Positions 30,159 through 39,783 are shown, numbered from the stretch's first letter. The stretch: 64,000 nt of DNA from Dehalococcoidia bacterium (GCA_963666115.2 CAXXET010000008.1:128001-192000); one strand, 5' to 3'. Translations and numbers: made by a program. Notes: a model not told the origin generated them from the letters alone.

Positions 30159-30629
30159 CTACTCCGTCGGCGCGCGCAGAATCAGCACCGGCACCCGGGC
30201 GCGGCGCATGACGCGGTCTGAGACGCTGCCTACTATGAAATCGCTTACTTTGCCGGCGCCGTGCCAGCCCATCGCGATGATGTCGCAGTTGTTGGCCTCG
30301 GCGGCTTCGAGAATCACATCCGGCGTGGGGCCCCATTCGACCATCGTGGTTACGGTGAAGCCGTAGTCATCGAGGTCGTCCTTTGCCGCGTTGACGATCT
30401 CGTCCGCCTCCGTGCGCGTCTGCTGCTCAATGCCCCGGAGGTCTTCATGGGACGGCAGGCGGGGGACGAAGCCGAGGCGGATGGAGGACGGCCCGGGCAT
30501 CCTGAGGTGGGCGACGTTGAGCACGATGATTTCAACGGCGTCCGCCACGTCGCCGAACAGCCTGCCCAACCACTCCACGGACGACACGTCCTGGTCGGAC
30601 CCGTCCAGGGCCAAGAGTATGCGCGTCAT
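30159..30629 (-). CDS. Universal stress protein
   Basis: RILLALDGS...DIIAMGWHG...GSVSDRVMRRARVPVLI. Confidence 0.92.
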   Translation of the reverse strand: MTRILLALDGSDQDVSSVEWLGRLFGDVADAVEIIVLNVAHLRMPGPSSIRLGFVPRLPSHEDLRGIEQQTRTEADEIVNAAKDDLDDYGFTVTTMVEWGPTPDVILEAAEANNCDIIAMGWHGAGKVSDFIVGSVSDRVMRRARVPVLILRAPTE

Positions 30630-30639
30630 GGGCTGCTGC

Positions 30640-30771
30640 CTACTGCGCGGCGCGGCGGCGCCTGAGCCTGCTCATGATGAAGCCGGCGGCGATGCCGATG
30701 ACGGGGGCGGCGGTGAGGAGGGCGAGGGAGCCGACGATGAGCCAGTGGGTGTAGTCGTATCCGAGGATCAT
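30640..30771 (-). CDS. Small single-TM protein (43 aa) upstream of the USP gene
   Basis: MILGYDYTHWLIVGSLALLTAAPVIGIAAGFIMSRLRRRRAAQ; below the ORF-track cut-off; TM followed by a basic tail. Confidence 0.55.
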   Translation of the reverse strand: MILGYDYTHWLIVGSLALLTAAPVIGIAAGFIMSRLRRRRAAQ

Positions 30772-30921
30772 GGTGTCTTGCCTTTGCACGTGGTGCTCTA
30801 TCGAGTACATGGTACTCCGTTTGGGGGCGGTTGGGGCGGGGATGATGACGGGTTGCGAACGCTTGTTGCATTTGCATGCGCGGCGTGGTACGGTTCACAG
30901 AACGCGCGTTCGCCGGAGAGG

Positions 30922-30949
30922 TAGATTCTTCGCTGCGCTCAGAATGACA
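30922..30949. repeat. REP-like palindrome (gattcttcgctgcgctcagaatgac)
   Basis: Reverse complement of the motif at about 21909 and 39708. Confidence 0.7.
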
Positions 30950-30971
30950 TGCGCGCGTGGGGAGGAAAGCA

Positions 30972-32519
30972 ATGACGTTGGCACACGTGCGGAGCTGCGC
31001 GGTTGTTGGGCTTGAGGGTTCGATTGTGGAGGTGGAGGTGGACATCGCGCCCGGGCTGCCCGCGTTCACGATCGTGGGGCTGCCGGACATGGCCGTGCAG
31101 GAGGCGCGGGAGCGGGTTCGCGCGGCGATCAGGAACTCCGGGTATGAGTTCCCGCAGCGCCGGATCACGGTCTCCCTCGCGCCCGCGGATCTCAAGAAGA
31201 ACGGCACGTCGTACGACCTGCCCATCGCCGCCGGGATTCTCATCGGATCGGGGCAGGCGGGGGCGCAGTTCTCGATGGAGGACGTCGCGTTCCTGGGCGA
31301 GCTCTCCCTCGAAGGGCAGGTGCGCCACACACAGGGGGTGCTGCCGATGACGGCGCTGGCGCGCGAGAACGGTTTGACGCAGATCGTCGTGCCGGCGGTC
31401 GACGCGCCGGAGGCCGCGCTGGTGGACGGGGTCGAGGTGCTGCCGGCGGGGAACCTGCGGGAACTGGTGGAGCACATCAGCGGCGAGCAGTCGTTCAGGC
31501 CGTTCTACCAGACGGAGCCGCCGGCGGACCCGGGCGGGGCGGACACGCTCGACGGGTTCGACATGTCGCTCGTTCGCGGGCAGGAGAACGTGAAGCGGGC
31601 GATGGAGGTGGCGGCGGCGGGGGGCCACAACCTGGTGATGATGGGGCCGCCGGGGAGCGGAAAGACGCTGCTGGCGCGCTGCCTGCCGTCCGTTCTTCCC
31701 ACGATGACGCGGGAGGAATCGCTGGACGTGACGAAGATTTACAGCGTGGCGGGGCTGCTGCCGCCGGAGCGGCCGTTGATCTCCGCGAGACCGTTCCGCG
31801 CGCCGCATTACACGGTGTCCAACGCGGGGCTGGTTGGCGGGGGGCACTGGCCCAGGCCCGGGGAGATCACGCTGTCGCACCGAGGCGTCCTGTTCCTGGA
31901 TGAGATGCCGGAGTTCGGCCACCACATCCTGGAGGTTCTGCGTCAGCCGCTGGAGGACAAGGCGGTGACGATCAGCCGCGCACAGGGCTCGATCACGTTT
32001 CCCGCCAATTTCATGCTCGTGGGCGCGATGAATCCGTGCCCGTGCGGTTTCTACGGGGACGTGGTGAAGGCGTGCTCCTGCTCGCCGGCTGCAATCGACC
32101 GCTACCAGCGCAGGATCAGCGGGCCGCTGCTGGACCGCATCGACATCTTCGTGGACGTGCCGCGCGTGGAGTACGAGAAGCTGACGGACGAGCGGAAGGG
32201 CGAGACGTCGGCGGTCGTCAGGAACCGCGTGGAGGAGGCGCGCACGAGGCAGCGGGCGCGATTCGGCAATTCGCCGGGCGTGCTGACGAATGCCGACATG
32301 GGGCCGGTGCAGGTGCGGGAGTTCTGCGGGCTGGACGACGCCTCGCACGGGCTTCTGCGGGCGGCGATGCAGCAGCTTCACCTGAGCGCCCGGGGGTTCC
32401 ACCGGATTCTCAAGCTGGCTCGGACGATTGCGGACCTGGCGGAAGAGCCGACCATTACGTCGCGCCACCTGAGTGAGGCGCTCCAGTACAGGCCACGCGA
32501 GTTGGGAGCGGCGGCGTAA
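30972..32519 (+). CDS. comM: YifB/ComM Mg-chelatase-like AAA+ ATPase
   Basis: GLPAFTIVGLPD..VQEARERV, GPPGSGKT, PFRAPH, GVLFLDE, MNPCPCG, SARGFHRILK. Confidence 0.95.
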   Translation: MTLAHVRSCAVVGLEGSIVEVEVDIAPGLPAFTIVGLPDMAVQEARERVRAAIRNSGYEFPQRRITVSLAPADLKKNGTSYDLPIAAGILIGSGQAGAQFSMEDVAFLGELSLEGQVRHTQGVLPMTALARENGLTQIVVPAVDAPEAALVDGVEVLPAGNLRELVEHISGEQSFRPFYQTEPPADPGGADTLDGFDMSLVRGQENVKRAMEVAAAGGHNLVMMGPPGSGKTLLARCLPSVLPTMTREESLDVTKIYSVAGLLPPERPLISARPFRAPHYTVSNAGLVGGGHWPRPGEITLSHRGVLFLDEMPEFGHHILEVLRQPLEDKAVTISRAQGSITFPANFMLVGAMNPCPCGFYGDVVKACSCSPAAIDRYQRRISGPLLDRIDIFVDVPRVEYEKLTDERKGETSAVVRNRVEEARTRQRARFGNSPGVLTNADMGPVQVREFCGLDDASHGLLRAAMQQLHLSARGFHRILKLARTIADLAEEPTITSRHLSEALQYRPRELGAAA

Positions 32520-32615
32520 CGCCCCCTCCGTCATTCCCGCCCCCTCTCCGTCATTCCCGCGAAAGCGGGAATCCAGAATCCCTTCCCCCTTGATGGGGGA
32601 AGGTCAGGGTGACAG
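32519..32615. repeat. dRS3-like palindromes between convergent genes
   Basis: ccgtcattcccgc x2, attcccgcgaaagcgggaat, ccttcccccttgatgggggaagg. Confidence 0.75.
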
Positions 32616-33869
32616 GGTGACGCGGATGGGGTGCGGCAACGGCTGGTTGAAGAGGTAGCCCTTCTCGTTGAAGGGGACGTGATCGGGCTGTGTGTTGCCG
32701 GCAGAGTCGGTCGCGCGCGTCATGATGGTGTGGTTGCCTGTTTCAGCGTCCCACGTGAAGGCGAACTGTACCCATGAGTGGTCGGGCTGGGGTGTGGTGA
32801 GTTCTGCGTTGCGCCAGATTCGACCGCCGTCGGCGCTCCATTCGACACGGAAGATGGGGCCGGCGGGTGATTGGGCGTAGCCGTGGATGCGGCGGGGGCC
32901 GGGGGCAATCGTCGCGGGCCAGGGGAGCGCCAGCGCGCTCTTGATGGCCTGCGCCGTCACCGGCTTGCCGCGCGCTTCGCCCTCCGGCGGGTAGTCTTCT
33001 CCAATGAGCACGTAGGACGTCGTGTTGTTGCGCGTCCACAGCCGTTCCGACGACACGACGATGCGGCCAAGCCACTTGATGTGGGAGCTGCCCACCCAGC
33101 CCGGCACGACGGCGCGGAGGGGGAAGCCGTGGTCTTTCGGCAGCGGTTCGCCGTTCAGCGAGTAGGCCAGCAGGGTGTCGTCGTCCATCGCCTTGTCGAC
33201 GGGCAGCACGTAGCGAAAACCGTTCTCAGGGGCATCGGCGTCCAGGCCAATGAGCAGCACGCTGACCGCGGCATCGGTGATGCCCGCGAGCGTCAACACG
33301 TCGCGCAGCGCCACACCCGTCCATTCGCCGTTGCCGATCGCGCCTCTCTCCCACTGCGTTCCCTTCGCCTGCCGCCCGTGGAGCAGGCCGAACATGGCGC
33401 GGTGATTTCCGGCGCACTCCAGGTAGGAGATCAGCGCGCGGCTCGGCAGGCGTCGCAGCTCGTCGAATGAGAGCTGCACCGGCTCGGTTATCGCGTCGCC
33501 CTCGATGGAGAGACGCCAGCCGGACACGTCGATCTCGGGTGTCGCGCCGTTGTTGCGGACGAAGAACAGCTCGTTGGGCGTGATCAGCCCCTTCATGTGT
33601 TCCAGCCGGGCCTCCAGGCCGATGTCATCGCGCCGGATGAAGGGGCGGGGGTCCTTGAATAGCAGCCGCTGCCGCGTGGGGGTGAGCGCCGGATCAGCCG
33701 AATCCCCGTTGAACAGGCTGCCGGAGCAGGCGGCGATGACCATCGCCGCGCCGCCCATGACCAGGAGGCGCAGGAATTCGCGGCGTCCCATCCCGTTCGC
33801 GCTGGCGTACTGCCACAGCGACTCATCGGTGGGGGTCGTCGGGGCTTGTCCCGTGTCCTGGTTCGTCAT
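32604..33869 (-). CDS. Tat-exported sulfite oxidase family molybdoenzyme
   Basis: GRREFL Tat signal, FFVRNN, LECAGN, HGFPLRAVVPGWVG, C-terminal dimerisation domain. Confidence 0.9.
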   Translation of the reverse strand: MTNQDTGQAPTTPTDESLWQYASANGMGRREFLRLLVMGGAAMVIAACSGSLFNGDSADPALTPTRQRLLFKDPRPFIRRDDIGLEARLEHMKGLITPNELFFVRNNGATPEIDVSGWRLSIEGDAITEPVQLSFDELRRLPSRALISYLECAGNHRAMFGLLHGRQAKGTQWERGAIGNGEWTGVALRDVLTLAGITDAAVSVLLIGLDADAPENGFRYVLPVDKAMDDDTLLAYSLNGEPLPKDHGFPLRAVVPGWVGSSHIKWLGRIVVSSERLWTRNNTTSYVLIGEDYPPEGEARGKPVTAQAIKSALALPWPATIAPGPRRIHGYAQSPAGPIFRVEWSADGGRIWRNAELTTPQPDHSWVQFAFTWDAETGNHTIMTRATDSAGNTQPDHVPFNEKGYLFNQPLPHPIRVTLSP

Positions 33870-33941
33870 AAGGTAAACTCTACAGTAGAGCCGCAGGGAA
33901 TTATCGGCGGCGCGTTGCACACAGACAAGGCTGAAACAACC

Positions 33942-34634
33942 ATGACAAGCGCAAACGGAACGACGTTGACCCTCGAAGGCGAACGGCGCGAGGCGCTGGG
34001 CCGCCACGTGAAGGCGCTCCGGCGCGGCGGCATCACGCCCGCCAACCTCTATGGCCGGGGGGCGGAGTCCGTCAGCTTCCAGGCCGAGACGCGGGCGCTG
34101 GACAGGCTGGTCACGGACGGGGGGCGCGGGTCGCTCGTCGAGTTGACCATCGACGGGGAGACGCACCAGACGCTGCTGCGGAACTTGCAGCGGCACCCGG
34201 TGACGCGGGCGATTTTGCACGCGGATTTCTACATCGTGGAGATGAACCGGCCGGTGCAGACGACGGTTCCGGTTCACCTGGTGGGCGAGGCGCCGGCGGC
34301 GCGGCTGCCGGGGGCGGTCATCACGCACCTGACGCACGAGGTCACCATCGAGTGCCTGCCCGCCAACATTCCCCCGGCGGTGGAACTGGACGTGTCCGCG
34401 CTGGAGGAGCTGGAGACATCGCTGTACGTTGGCAACATCGCCGCGCCGGAGGGCGTGGAGATACTGACGGATTCCGAGACAATCATCGTGCGGGCAACCC
34501 ACTCCCGCGTAGCGGCAACGGTCGAGGCGGACGAGGCGGAGGCCGCGGCGGAGGGTGTCGAGGAGGGGGCTGAGGGGGCGGCGGCGGCGGATGGCGCCGG
34601 TGGTTCGGCGGAGGAGGCTGGGGGCGGGGAGTAG
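33942..34634 (+). CDS. rplY: 50S ribosomal protein L25 (Ctc form)
   Basis: KALRRGGITPANLYG, LQRHPVTRAILHADF, ECLPANIP, acidic tail. Confidence 0.95.
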   Translation: MTSANGTTLTLEGERREALGRHVKALRRGGITPANLYGRGAESVSFQAETRALDRLVTDGGRGSLVELTIDGETHQTLLRNLQRHPVTRAILHADFYIVEMNRPVQTTVPVHLVGEAPAARLPGAVITHLTHEVTIECLPANIPPAVELDVSALEELETSLYVGNIAAPEGVEILTDSETIIVRATHSRVAATVEADEAEAAAEGVEEGAEGAAAADGAGGSAEEAGGGE

Positions 34635-34645
34635 GATCCAGATTG

Positions 34646-36100
34646 ATGAGGTTGCTCGCAGCGCTGTTCGCGGCAACGGCGATTGTCCTGATCGGAGCCG
34701 GCGCCTGTACAACGGACAGTTCGCCTTATATCGAACCGTCTGACTCCGATTCATCGTATGTCGAGCCGTCCGACCCTGACTCATCGCCTGACGAGCCCTC
34801 TGACCCTGATTCACTGTCTGACGAGCCCTCCGATTCCGCTCCAGCAGACGCCGGGCCTTCTGACTCCGATTCATTGGGGGATGAGACGGTGGGTGACGAG
34901 ACGGACGGGATCAGCGGCCAGATTGAATTTAGCCAATTGGTGAGGGACGGTACGGTGTGGCCTACGCATGCAGGCTACGAACTACAGCCTGAGGACTTCA
35001 TTGTCATAGACTACGTCGAGATATTCGGAAGATTCAATTACGCCAACTACATCTTTATTGTGTTTGACGCAGACGGCTCAGAGTGCGGCATGTATTTCCG
35101 GGAGGAGGGCAAGTTCCGCGTCGGGGACAACCCTCCCCAACGGTTGGTAATTAGCTGGTTGTACTATAACAGTTACTTTTTGGCCGATACGCCCGGCTAC
35201 GAAGCCGGAGACGTATTCTTGGGCTCATGTAGAGTGCCGAAAGCAGCAATTGTTGGATTTGGGGCGCCGAAATATCTCGCAGATCACGTGAGCGCGGCGT
35301 TGGATTCCTACGAGCGAGCAAGCACGGAGTCGGACCGCGCCCGGGCCACACGAGAATCTAGGGAGGCGCAGCTTGATCGCGTTCTGGCGCGCTACTGCTT
35401 CAATCCTCCGTGCAGGGTCGCCAACTATAGCGGCGATAAACTGCGTGACGTGTATTCAACCGTGGATGCAGTCGACAAGAGGGCGTTTCAGGATTACAAC
35501 GAGGCGGTATATGACCAAGAGATGGCTCGCGATGCCTGGATTGAGGCGAAAGAATATGCCGGGTGCTGGTTACAAAACCTTGCGAGCGCACAGCACATAA
35601 ATCACTTCAACCAAGCTTGCGGGTCGGAAACAGTCGCGGCAACGGCTACAGCTGTCGCGGCAACGGCCATAGCACGGGAGACTGCAACAGCTGTCGCGGA
35701 ACGTGACTTTCCCAACGCCAACTTGGTCACAATTTCGCTGGACGATCGGGGCGGCACGTACGCGTTGACCGCCTACCCCGCGTCAGTTCAAGCAGGAGCA
35801 GTCACCTTTTACGTTGCGAACGATGGCCTAATCGCCCATGAGTTCAAGATCGTGAAACTCAACGATGCAGGCCTGGCGGCGAATCTCTCCGACTTGTCCA
35901 CGGAGGCCGGACTCATCTCGGAGACCGGCAACACGGTCGAGGGCGTCGGAACGATTCTCGGCAGCGTGCTTGAAGCGGATCTGCCAGCCGGTGGCTCTCA
36001 TGAGTTGACTCTGCTACTGGAACCAGGTGAGTACATGCTGCTCTGCAACGTAGCGACCCACTACCAACTGGGCATGTGGAACAGGTTCACTGTCACGTAG
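34646..36100 (+). CDS. Lipoprotein with acidic repeats and C-terminal cupredoxin (type 1 copper) domain
   Basis: Lipobox GAGAC; EPSDSDS repeats; AHEF...LLCNVATHYQLGM copper ligands. Confidence 0.75.
   Translation: MRLLAALFAATAIVLIGAGACTTDSSPYIEPSDSDSSYVEPSDPDSSPDEPSDPDSLSDEPSDSAPADAGPSDSDSLGDETVGDETDGISGQIEFSQLVRDGTVWPTHAGYELQPEDFIVIDYVEIFGRFNYANYIFIVFDADGSECGMYFREEGKFRVGDNPPQRLVISWLYYNSYFLADTPGYEAGDVFLGSCRVPKAAIVGFGAPKYLADHVSAALDSYERASTESDRARATRESREAQLDRVLARYCFNPPCRVANYSGDKLRDVYSTVDAVDKRAFQDYNEAVYDQEMARDAWIEAKEYAGCWLQNLASAQHINHFNQACGSETVAATATAVAATAIARETATAVAERDFPNANLVTISLDDRGGTYALTAYPASVQAGAVTFYVANDGLIAHEFKIVKLNDAGLAANLSDLSTEAGLISETGNTVEGVGTILGSVLEADLPAGGSHELTLLLEPGEYMLLCNVATHYQLGMWNRFTVT
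34721..34870 (+). repeat. 30-bp in-frame tandem repeat, about 5 units
   Basis: tcatcg...gagccgtctgactccgat units encoding SxxxEPSDxD. Confidence 0.8.
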
Positions 36101-36173
36101 CCCGCCGACAACTGAAGGGAACAAGAGAGGTGAACCATGCTGATCGATACCGAGGCAAAGGGAGGGTAGGCAC

Positions 36174-36533
36174 ATGCCCCTGGATGAGCGGGACTATATG
36201 ACCGGGCGTAGCCGACGGCGCGAGGGCGTCTACCACACGGACAACTACTACGACCCTAGCACTGCGAAGCGGCGCAGAGTACCCCGGGCGCTAGTCCTGC
36301 CTGTACTGGCTCTCATTGTTGGCGCGCTGATTGCGGCTACTGCGTTCACCAGTTACGGGCAAGATGCGTATGGGGAAGCATCCTACTTCGTTCAGGAACG
36401 CTGGCTGGATATTCGCTGGCAGATTGAGGCTGCTAAAGATGTCGGGATTAGCCGTCAAGAAGCATTGGAGCTTGACCGGGCCGGGGTGATCAGAATCGCC
36501 GATGAGTTCAGGGACACACGAGGGCGTGGGTAA
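36174..36533 (+). CDS. Hypothetical single-TM protein
   Basis: RBS GGAGG; MPLDERDYM start; one TM; possibly truncated. Confidence 0.5.
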   Translation: MPLDERDYMTGRSRRREGVYHTDNYYDPSTAKRRRVPRALVLPVLALIVGALIAATAFTSYGQDAYGEASYFVQERWLDIRWQIEAAKDVGISRQEALELDRAGVIRIADEFRDTRGRG

Positions 36534-36638
36534 CGTCGTATGTGATTCCCCGACTGGATATCCGGCGTCGCTGTCCCAGCTACAGCGGTGCAATCTCCAC
36601 TATCCACTGGCGTTCGGAACGCACGAGGAGGTGCGAGA

Positions 36639-37664
36639 ATGACTCCAGAAAGACTGAAGCTGGCAGGCTTGATAATCGTGACCCTCTATCTGGCCGTGGG
36701 TCCCGTGCTCTTCCTGTGGGAAGATTACCTACAGGATGTTGATGCTGGTGAAGGAGTGACCCAATGGGTTTTCTGGTGGGCGCTGCCTGTGCTCGCCGCG
36801 CTACCCGTGATCGCCTCAATTTTTGTGCGGTCACCCGAGTCGAGCATTCACCCCAACTTGTTCCGCGGGTTAGTCTTCGGCGTTGCCGCGCTCTGGACTC
36901 TCCTCGCCGGATGGATTCTATGGGTCCCCTACGTGCTCGCGCCGGAGCTTGGCGACAGCGTGTATCGCTGGTGGACCGCTGTGGTGATCCTTTTGATCAG
37001 CGTAGCATCCGTCATACCTTACGTGCCATTCCGCTCAGCCAAAGAAGACGTATCAGAGTCGAGGCGCCAGGTCCACTGGAAGAGCACTGCGCTCAATCTG
37101 GCAGCATGTGGACTGATGTTGGCTGCGCTCGCTGTAGCGTTATGGGTAACTACCGTCGATGCAGTAGACATAGATGATCCAGTCTATCTCTGGGCGGTGC
37201 TACTCTCCGCCGCCAGCCTGACGTGTTGGGCAGTCCTGCACTGGAAGCGCACAGTGGTCGGCGCATTCATAGCCTTATACGCAGGCATCGTGCTCGCGCT
37301 GGCCGTGGATGCCCTGGAGGGCAGTCCGGGTTGGCGCTTCTGGGCACTGATTGCTGTTTTCGTGGGGGTGATATGGGCATCATGGTTCTTGCTGGATAAT
37401 CGGTTTGTGCAGCACGTGAAGAGGATCGTAACGATAGGACTAGTGGTCCTTGTGTTCGCCTCCGGCGTTGCTCTCTTTGGGATAGTCCTCTTCAGCGGAG
37501 TACTCGAGCATGAACGTGGTCTAGTGACGGACATCCTCGCAAAGCTGCTCAACTTCCTCGTTAAGATTGGATTGCCGGCAGCAGGCATGGTGGGCGGAAT
37601 TGAGATTGCGCAAAAATTGAGCGGCTGGTTGGGTCTTGGCGATGCGCCCAACGTCACTAGGTAA
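36639..37664 (+). CDS. Multi-pass membrane protein
   Basis: RBS AGGAGGTG; about 10 hydrophobic segments. Confidence 0.7.
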   Translation: MTPERLKLAGLIIVTLYLAVGPVLFLWEDYLQDVDAGEGVTQWVFWWALPVLAALPVIASIFVRSPESSIHPNLFRGLVFGVAALWTLLAGWILWVPYVLAPELGDSVYRWWTAVVILLISVASVIPYVPFRSAKEDVSESRRQVHWKSTALNLAACGLMLAALAVALWVTTVDAVDIDDPVYLWAVLLSAASLTCWAVLHWKRTVVGAFIALYAGIVLALAVDALEGSPGWRFWALIAVFVGVIWASWFLLDNRFVQHVKRIVTIGLVVLVFASGVALFGIVLFSGVLEHERGLVTDILAKLLNFLVKIGLPAAGMVGGIEIAQKLSGWLGLGDAPNVTR

Positions 37665-37724
37665 GGACAGGACTGCCTACAAACTTGCTGCCCGTTTTAG
37701 GGCTCACTGCGCTCTGTCCTCGCT

Positions 37725-37970
37725 CCCCTCACCCTAGCCCTCTCCCTCAGGGAGAGGGGATTTTGTGGTGGGCCTGGTGGCGGCGTGGGCCCCCGCCTGC
37801 GCGGGGGATGCGGTAGGGGGCGGGGGGTTGTCTGGTTGGCTTCACGAGGGTTGGCTGCATCCCGTGTCCTGGATTCCCGTTTTCACGGGAAAAAGAGGGG
37901 GTGCGGGTCTTTGGTTGGGTTCACCCTTCGACTGGGCTCAGGGCGGGCGGGGTTGGCTCAGGGTGGATGC
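37725..37970. repeat. REP-like cluster
   Basis: ccctctccctcagggagaggg, ccccgcctgcgcgggg, gattcccgttttcacgggaa, cccttcgactgggctcaggg. Confidence 0.7.
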
Positions 37971-37976
37971 GGCTGA

Positions 37977-38189
37977 TTAGGTGGCGGGTGCTGGGAGGGG
38001 CAGTGATTCGGCTTCCAGCGTGGACAGGTCCAGGCGTCGGGATGCCTGATCGATGTCGAAGCCAACGACGTTGCCGTTCGCGTCCAGATCAACGTTGAGT
38101 CCCTCGGTGACCTCAATCGTTTCGGCGCCGGGCTGGGCTGTGAACTCGACATAGAGGCTATCGGTCTCAGGATAGTAGTGCAGCTTCAT
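37977..38189 (-). CDS. DUF2283 antitoxin-like protein
   Basis: MKLHYYPETDSLYVEF...LNVDLDANGNVVGFDI. Confidence 0.88.
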   Translation of the reverse strand: MKLHYYPETDSLYVEFTAQPGAETIEVTEGLNVDLDANGNVVGFDIDQASRRLDLSTLEAESLPLPAPAT

Positions 38190-38191
38190 CG

Positions 38192-38440
38192 TTATTTCTC
38201 CACTCGGAACCGTCGATCAAAGAACGCGTTGTGGATCGTCTCTCCATCCTCCAGTGTAACGACTCGAAGAAAGCGGGGCGCTGTCTCACCAGGCACGTTG
38301 ATCGCTCCCCAGAATCGCACACGCCCGTCCGCCTGCCTCTCCTGACGCATCGGGGAAGCAATGACTTGAGCGCACCACGCCAATTCGATATAGGGACGCT
38401 TTCGCAGCACTTGCTCATCGAAATAGCGTGTGGTCTTCAA
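38192..38440 (-). CDS. Putative toxin partner of DUF2283 (DUF4258/RelE-like)
   Basis: KTTRYF...QADGRVRFWG...LRVVTLEDGETIHNAFFDR; directly upstream of DUF2283. Confidence 0.7.
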   Translation of the reverse strand: MKTTRYFDEQVLRKRPYIELAWCAQVIASPMRQERQADGRVRFWGAINVPGETAPRFLRVVTLEDGETIHNAFFDRRFRVEK

Positions 38441-38565
38441 CTGCCCTCCTGCTCCATGAGGGCAGTATAGTCCCCGCGTGGGGGGGCGTGGGATTCAGAG
38501 GAGGGGGCTCTTCAACGGGCGTGCAGCCGCTTCTCAGGTTGTACGGTTTACCGTACAATGGGCTC

Positions 38566-38682
38566 ATGTTCACGATTATACGCAGCGCGACGTTTGATCG
38601 GTGGCTGCGCGGGCTGCGAGATCGGCGGGCTGTGAGCCGCATCGTGGCCGGGGTGCTAGCAGCGGGAGGGGATGATGCCTGA
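38566..38682 (+). pseudogene. Truncated RelE/HigB addiction-module toxin
   Basis: MFTIIRSATFDRWLRGLRDRRAVSRI, then the catalytic half is missing; TACAAT-6nt-ATG. Confidence 0.7.
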
Positions 38683-39004
38683 GGAGTATCGGAGATTTGA
38701 TGCGGCGGATTATGTGCGAACCGGGGGGGACGCGCAGGAACTTCTCAGGGCTGCCGTCGATGAGGACCCTGGGGACGGGATTGTGATTCGCGCTGCCCTG
38801 AGGCACGTCGCGCAAACAAGGAACATGAGCGCCCTCGCCCGCGCCACCGGGCTGAACCGGGTCAACCTCTATGAGGCGCTGTCTGAAGACGGCAACCCGA
38901 CCCTGACAACGCTGCTCAGGATCACCCGCGCCCTGGGCTTGAGGCTGCGCCTTGAGCCGGTGGAGAGTTCTGCGGAGGGCGGCCCTTCGACAGGCTCAGG
39001 GTGA
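38675..39004 (+). CDS. Addiction-module antidote HTH protein (HigA-like)
   Basis: FDAADY...MSALARATGLNRVNLYEALSEDGNPTLTT. Confidence 0.88.
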   Translation: MPEEYRRFDAADYVRTGGDAQELLRAAVDEDPGDGIVIRAALRHVAQTRNMSALARATGLNRVNLYEALSEDGNPTLTTLLRITRALGLRLRLEPVESSAEGGPSTGSG

Positions 39005-39099
39005 CAGAGGGGGAGGACTGTACCGGCCGCCGCCAGAGACCTTTGGAGCGAGATGAACGAGGATTGGGATGCCTTTGTGGAAGAATCTACGCTTGCCCG

Positions 39100-39480
39100 G
39101 CAGAGTCACGGGTTGGGCAAGACTTCTTCCGCACCGCCGTCATGACTGCGTACAACTACAGATGCTGCATCTCCGGACTGGGAGAAACGGAACTGCTTGT
39201 TGCAAGCCACATTGTGCCTTGGAGTGGAGGGTCGACGAGAAGAACAGGGTGAATCCTCGCAACGGCCTCTTGCTTTCGGTCTTGCATGACAAGGCTTTTG
39301 ACCGCGGCTTCATCACTTTGGGCGACGATCTCGTGGTTCATGTGTCACGCAATAGTCTGCCGAGAGATGACCGGTTCTTCTCGCAGACGGTCGCCGCCTA
39401 CGATGGGCAGCCAATCGCCCCGCCTGAGAAGCTGCGGCCCGCCCCAGAGTTCCTCGCCTATCACCGGGAGCATACATTCC
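39100..39480 (+). pseudogene. HNH endonuclease remnant
   Basis: RVGQDFFRTAV..AYNYRCCISG...ASHIVPW / NPRNGLLLSVLHDKAFDRG; frame broken by a tggag duplication at about 39220; N-terminus missing. Confidence 0.8.
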
Positions 39481-39737
39481 CGCCCCCCCGTCCGTCATTC
39501 CCGCCCCCCTCCGTCATTCCCTCCCCCCGTCCGTCATTCCCTCCCCCCGTCCGTCATTCCCGCGCACGCGGGAATCCACAACACAGTGCGCAACCCACTC
39601 CGTAACGCCGCCCAACCCAAATGCCATGCCATTCTGAGCAACCCCATGTCACCCTGAGCAACCCCATGTCACCCTGAGCGACCCCATGTCATTCTGAGCG
39701 ACCCCATGTCATTCTGAGCGCAGCGAAGAATCCAAAG
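39478..39737. repeat. dRS3/REP composite with 20-bp tandem expansions
   Basis: ccgtcattccc x4, then ccccatgtca(cc/tt)ctgagc x5; core matches 21832-21939. Confidence 0.85.
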
Positions 39738-39783
39738 CCTCAATTGTGCAACCGCCCCCACCCCGTGACGTTGCTGACCGTCC

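Noticed and set aside
30939-32534. 531-aa minus-strand ORF and similar long antisense ORFs (10339, 12136, 41202, 43121)
   Set aside because: Shadow frames of GC-rich genes with clear motifs on the opposite strand
33870-34874. N-terminal extension making a 756-aa sulfite oxidase
   Set aside because: The extension is antisense to rplY; the Tat signal places the start at 33869
39620-39725. Possible CRISPR array (20-bp repeats)
   Set aside because: Units are contiguous with no unique spacers, there are no cas genes, and they derive from a REP arm
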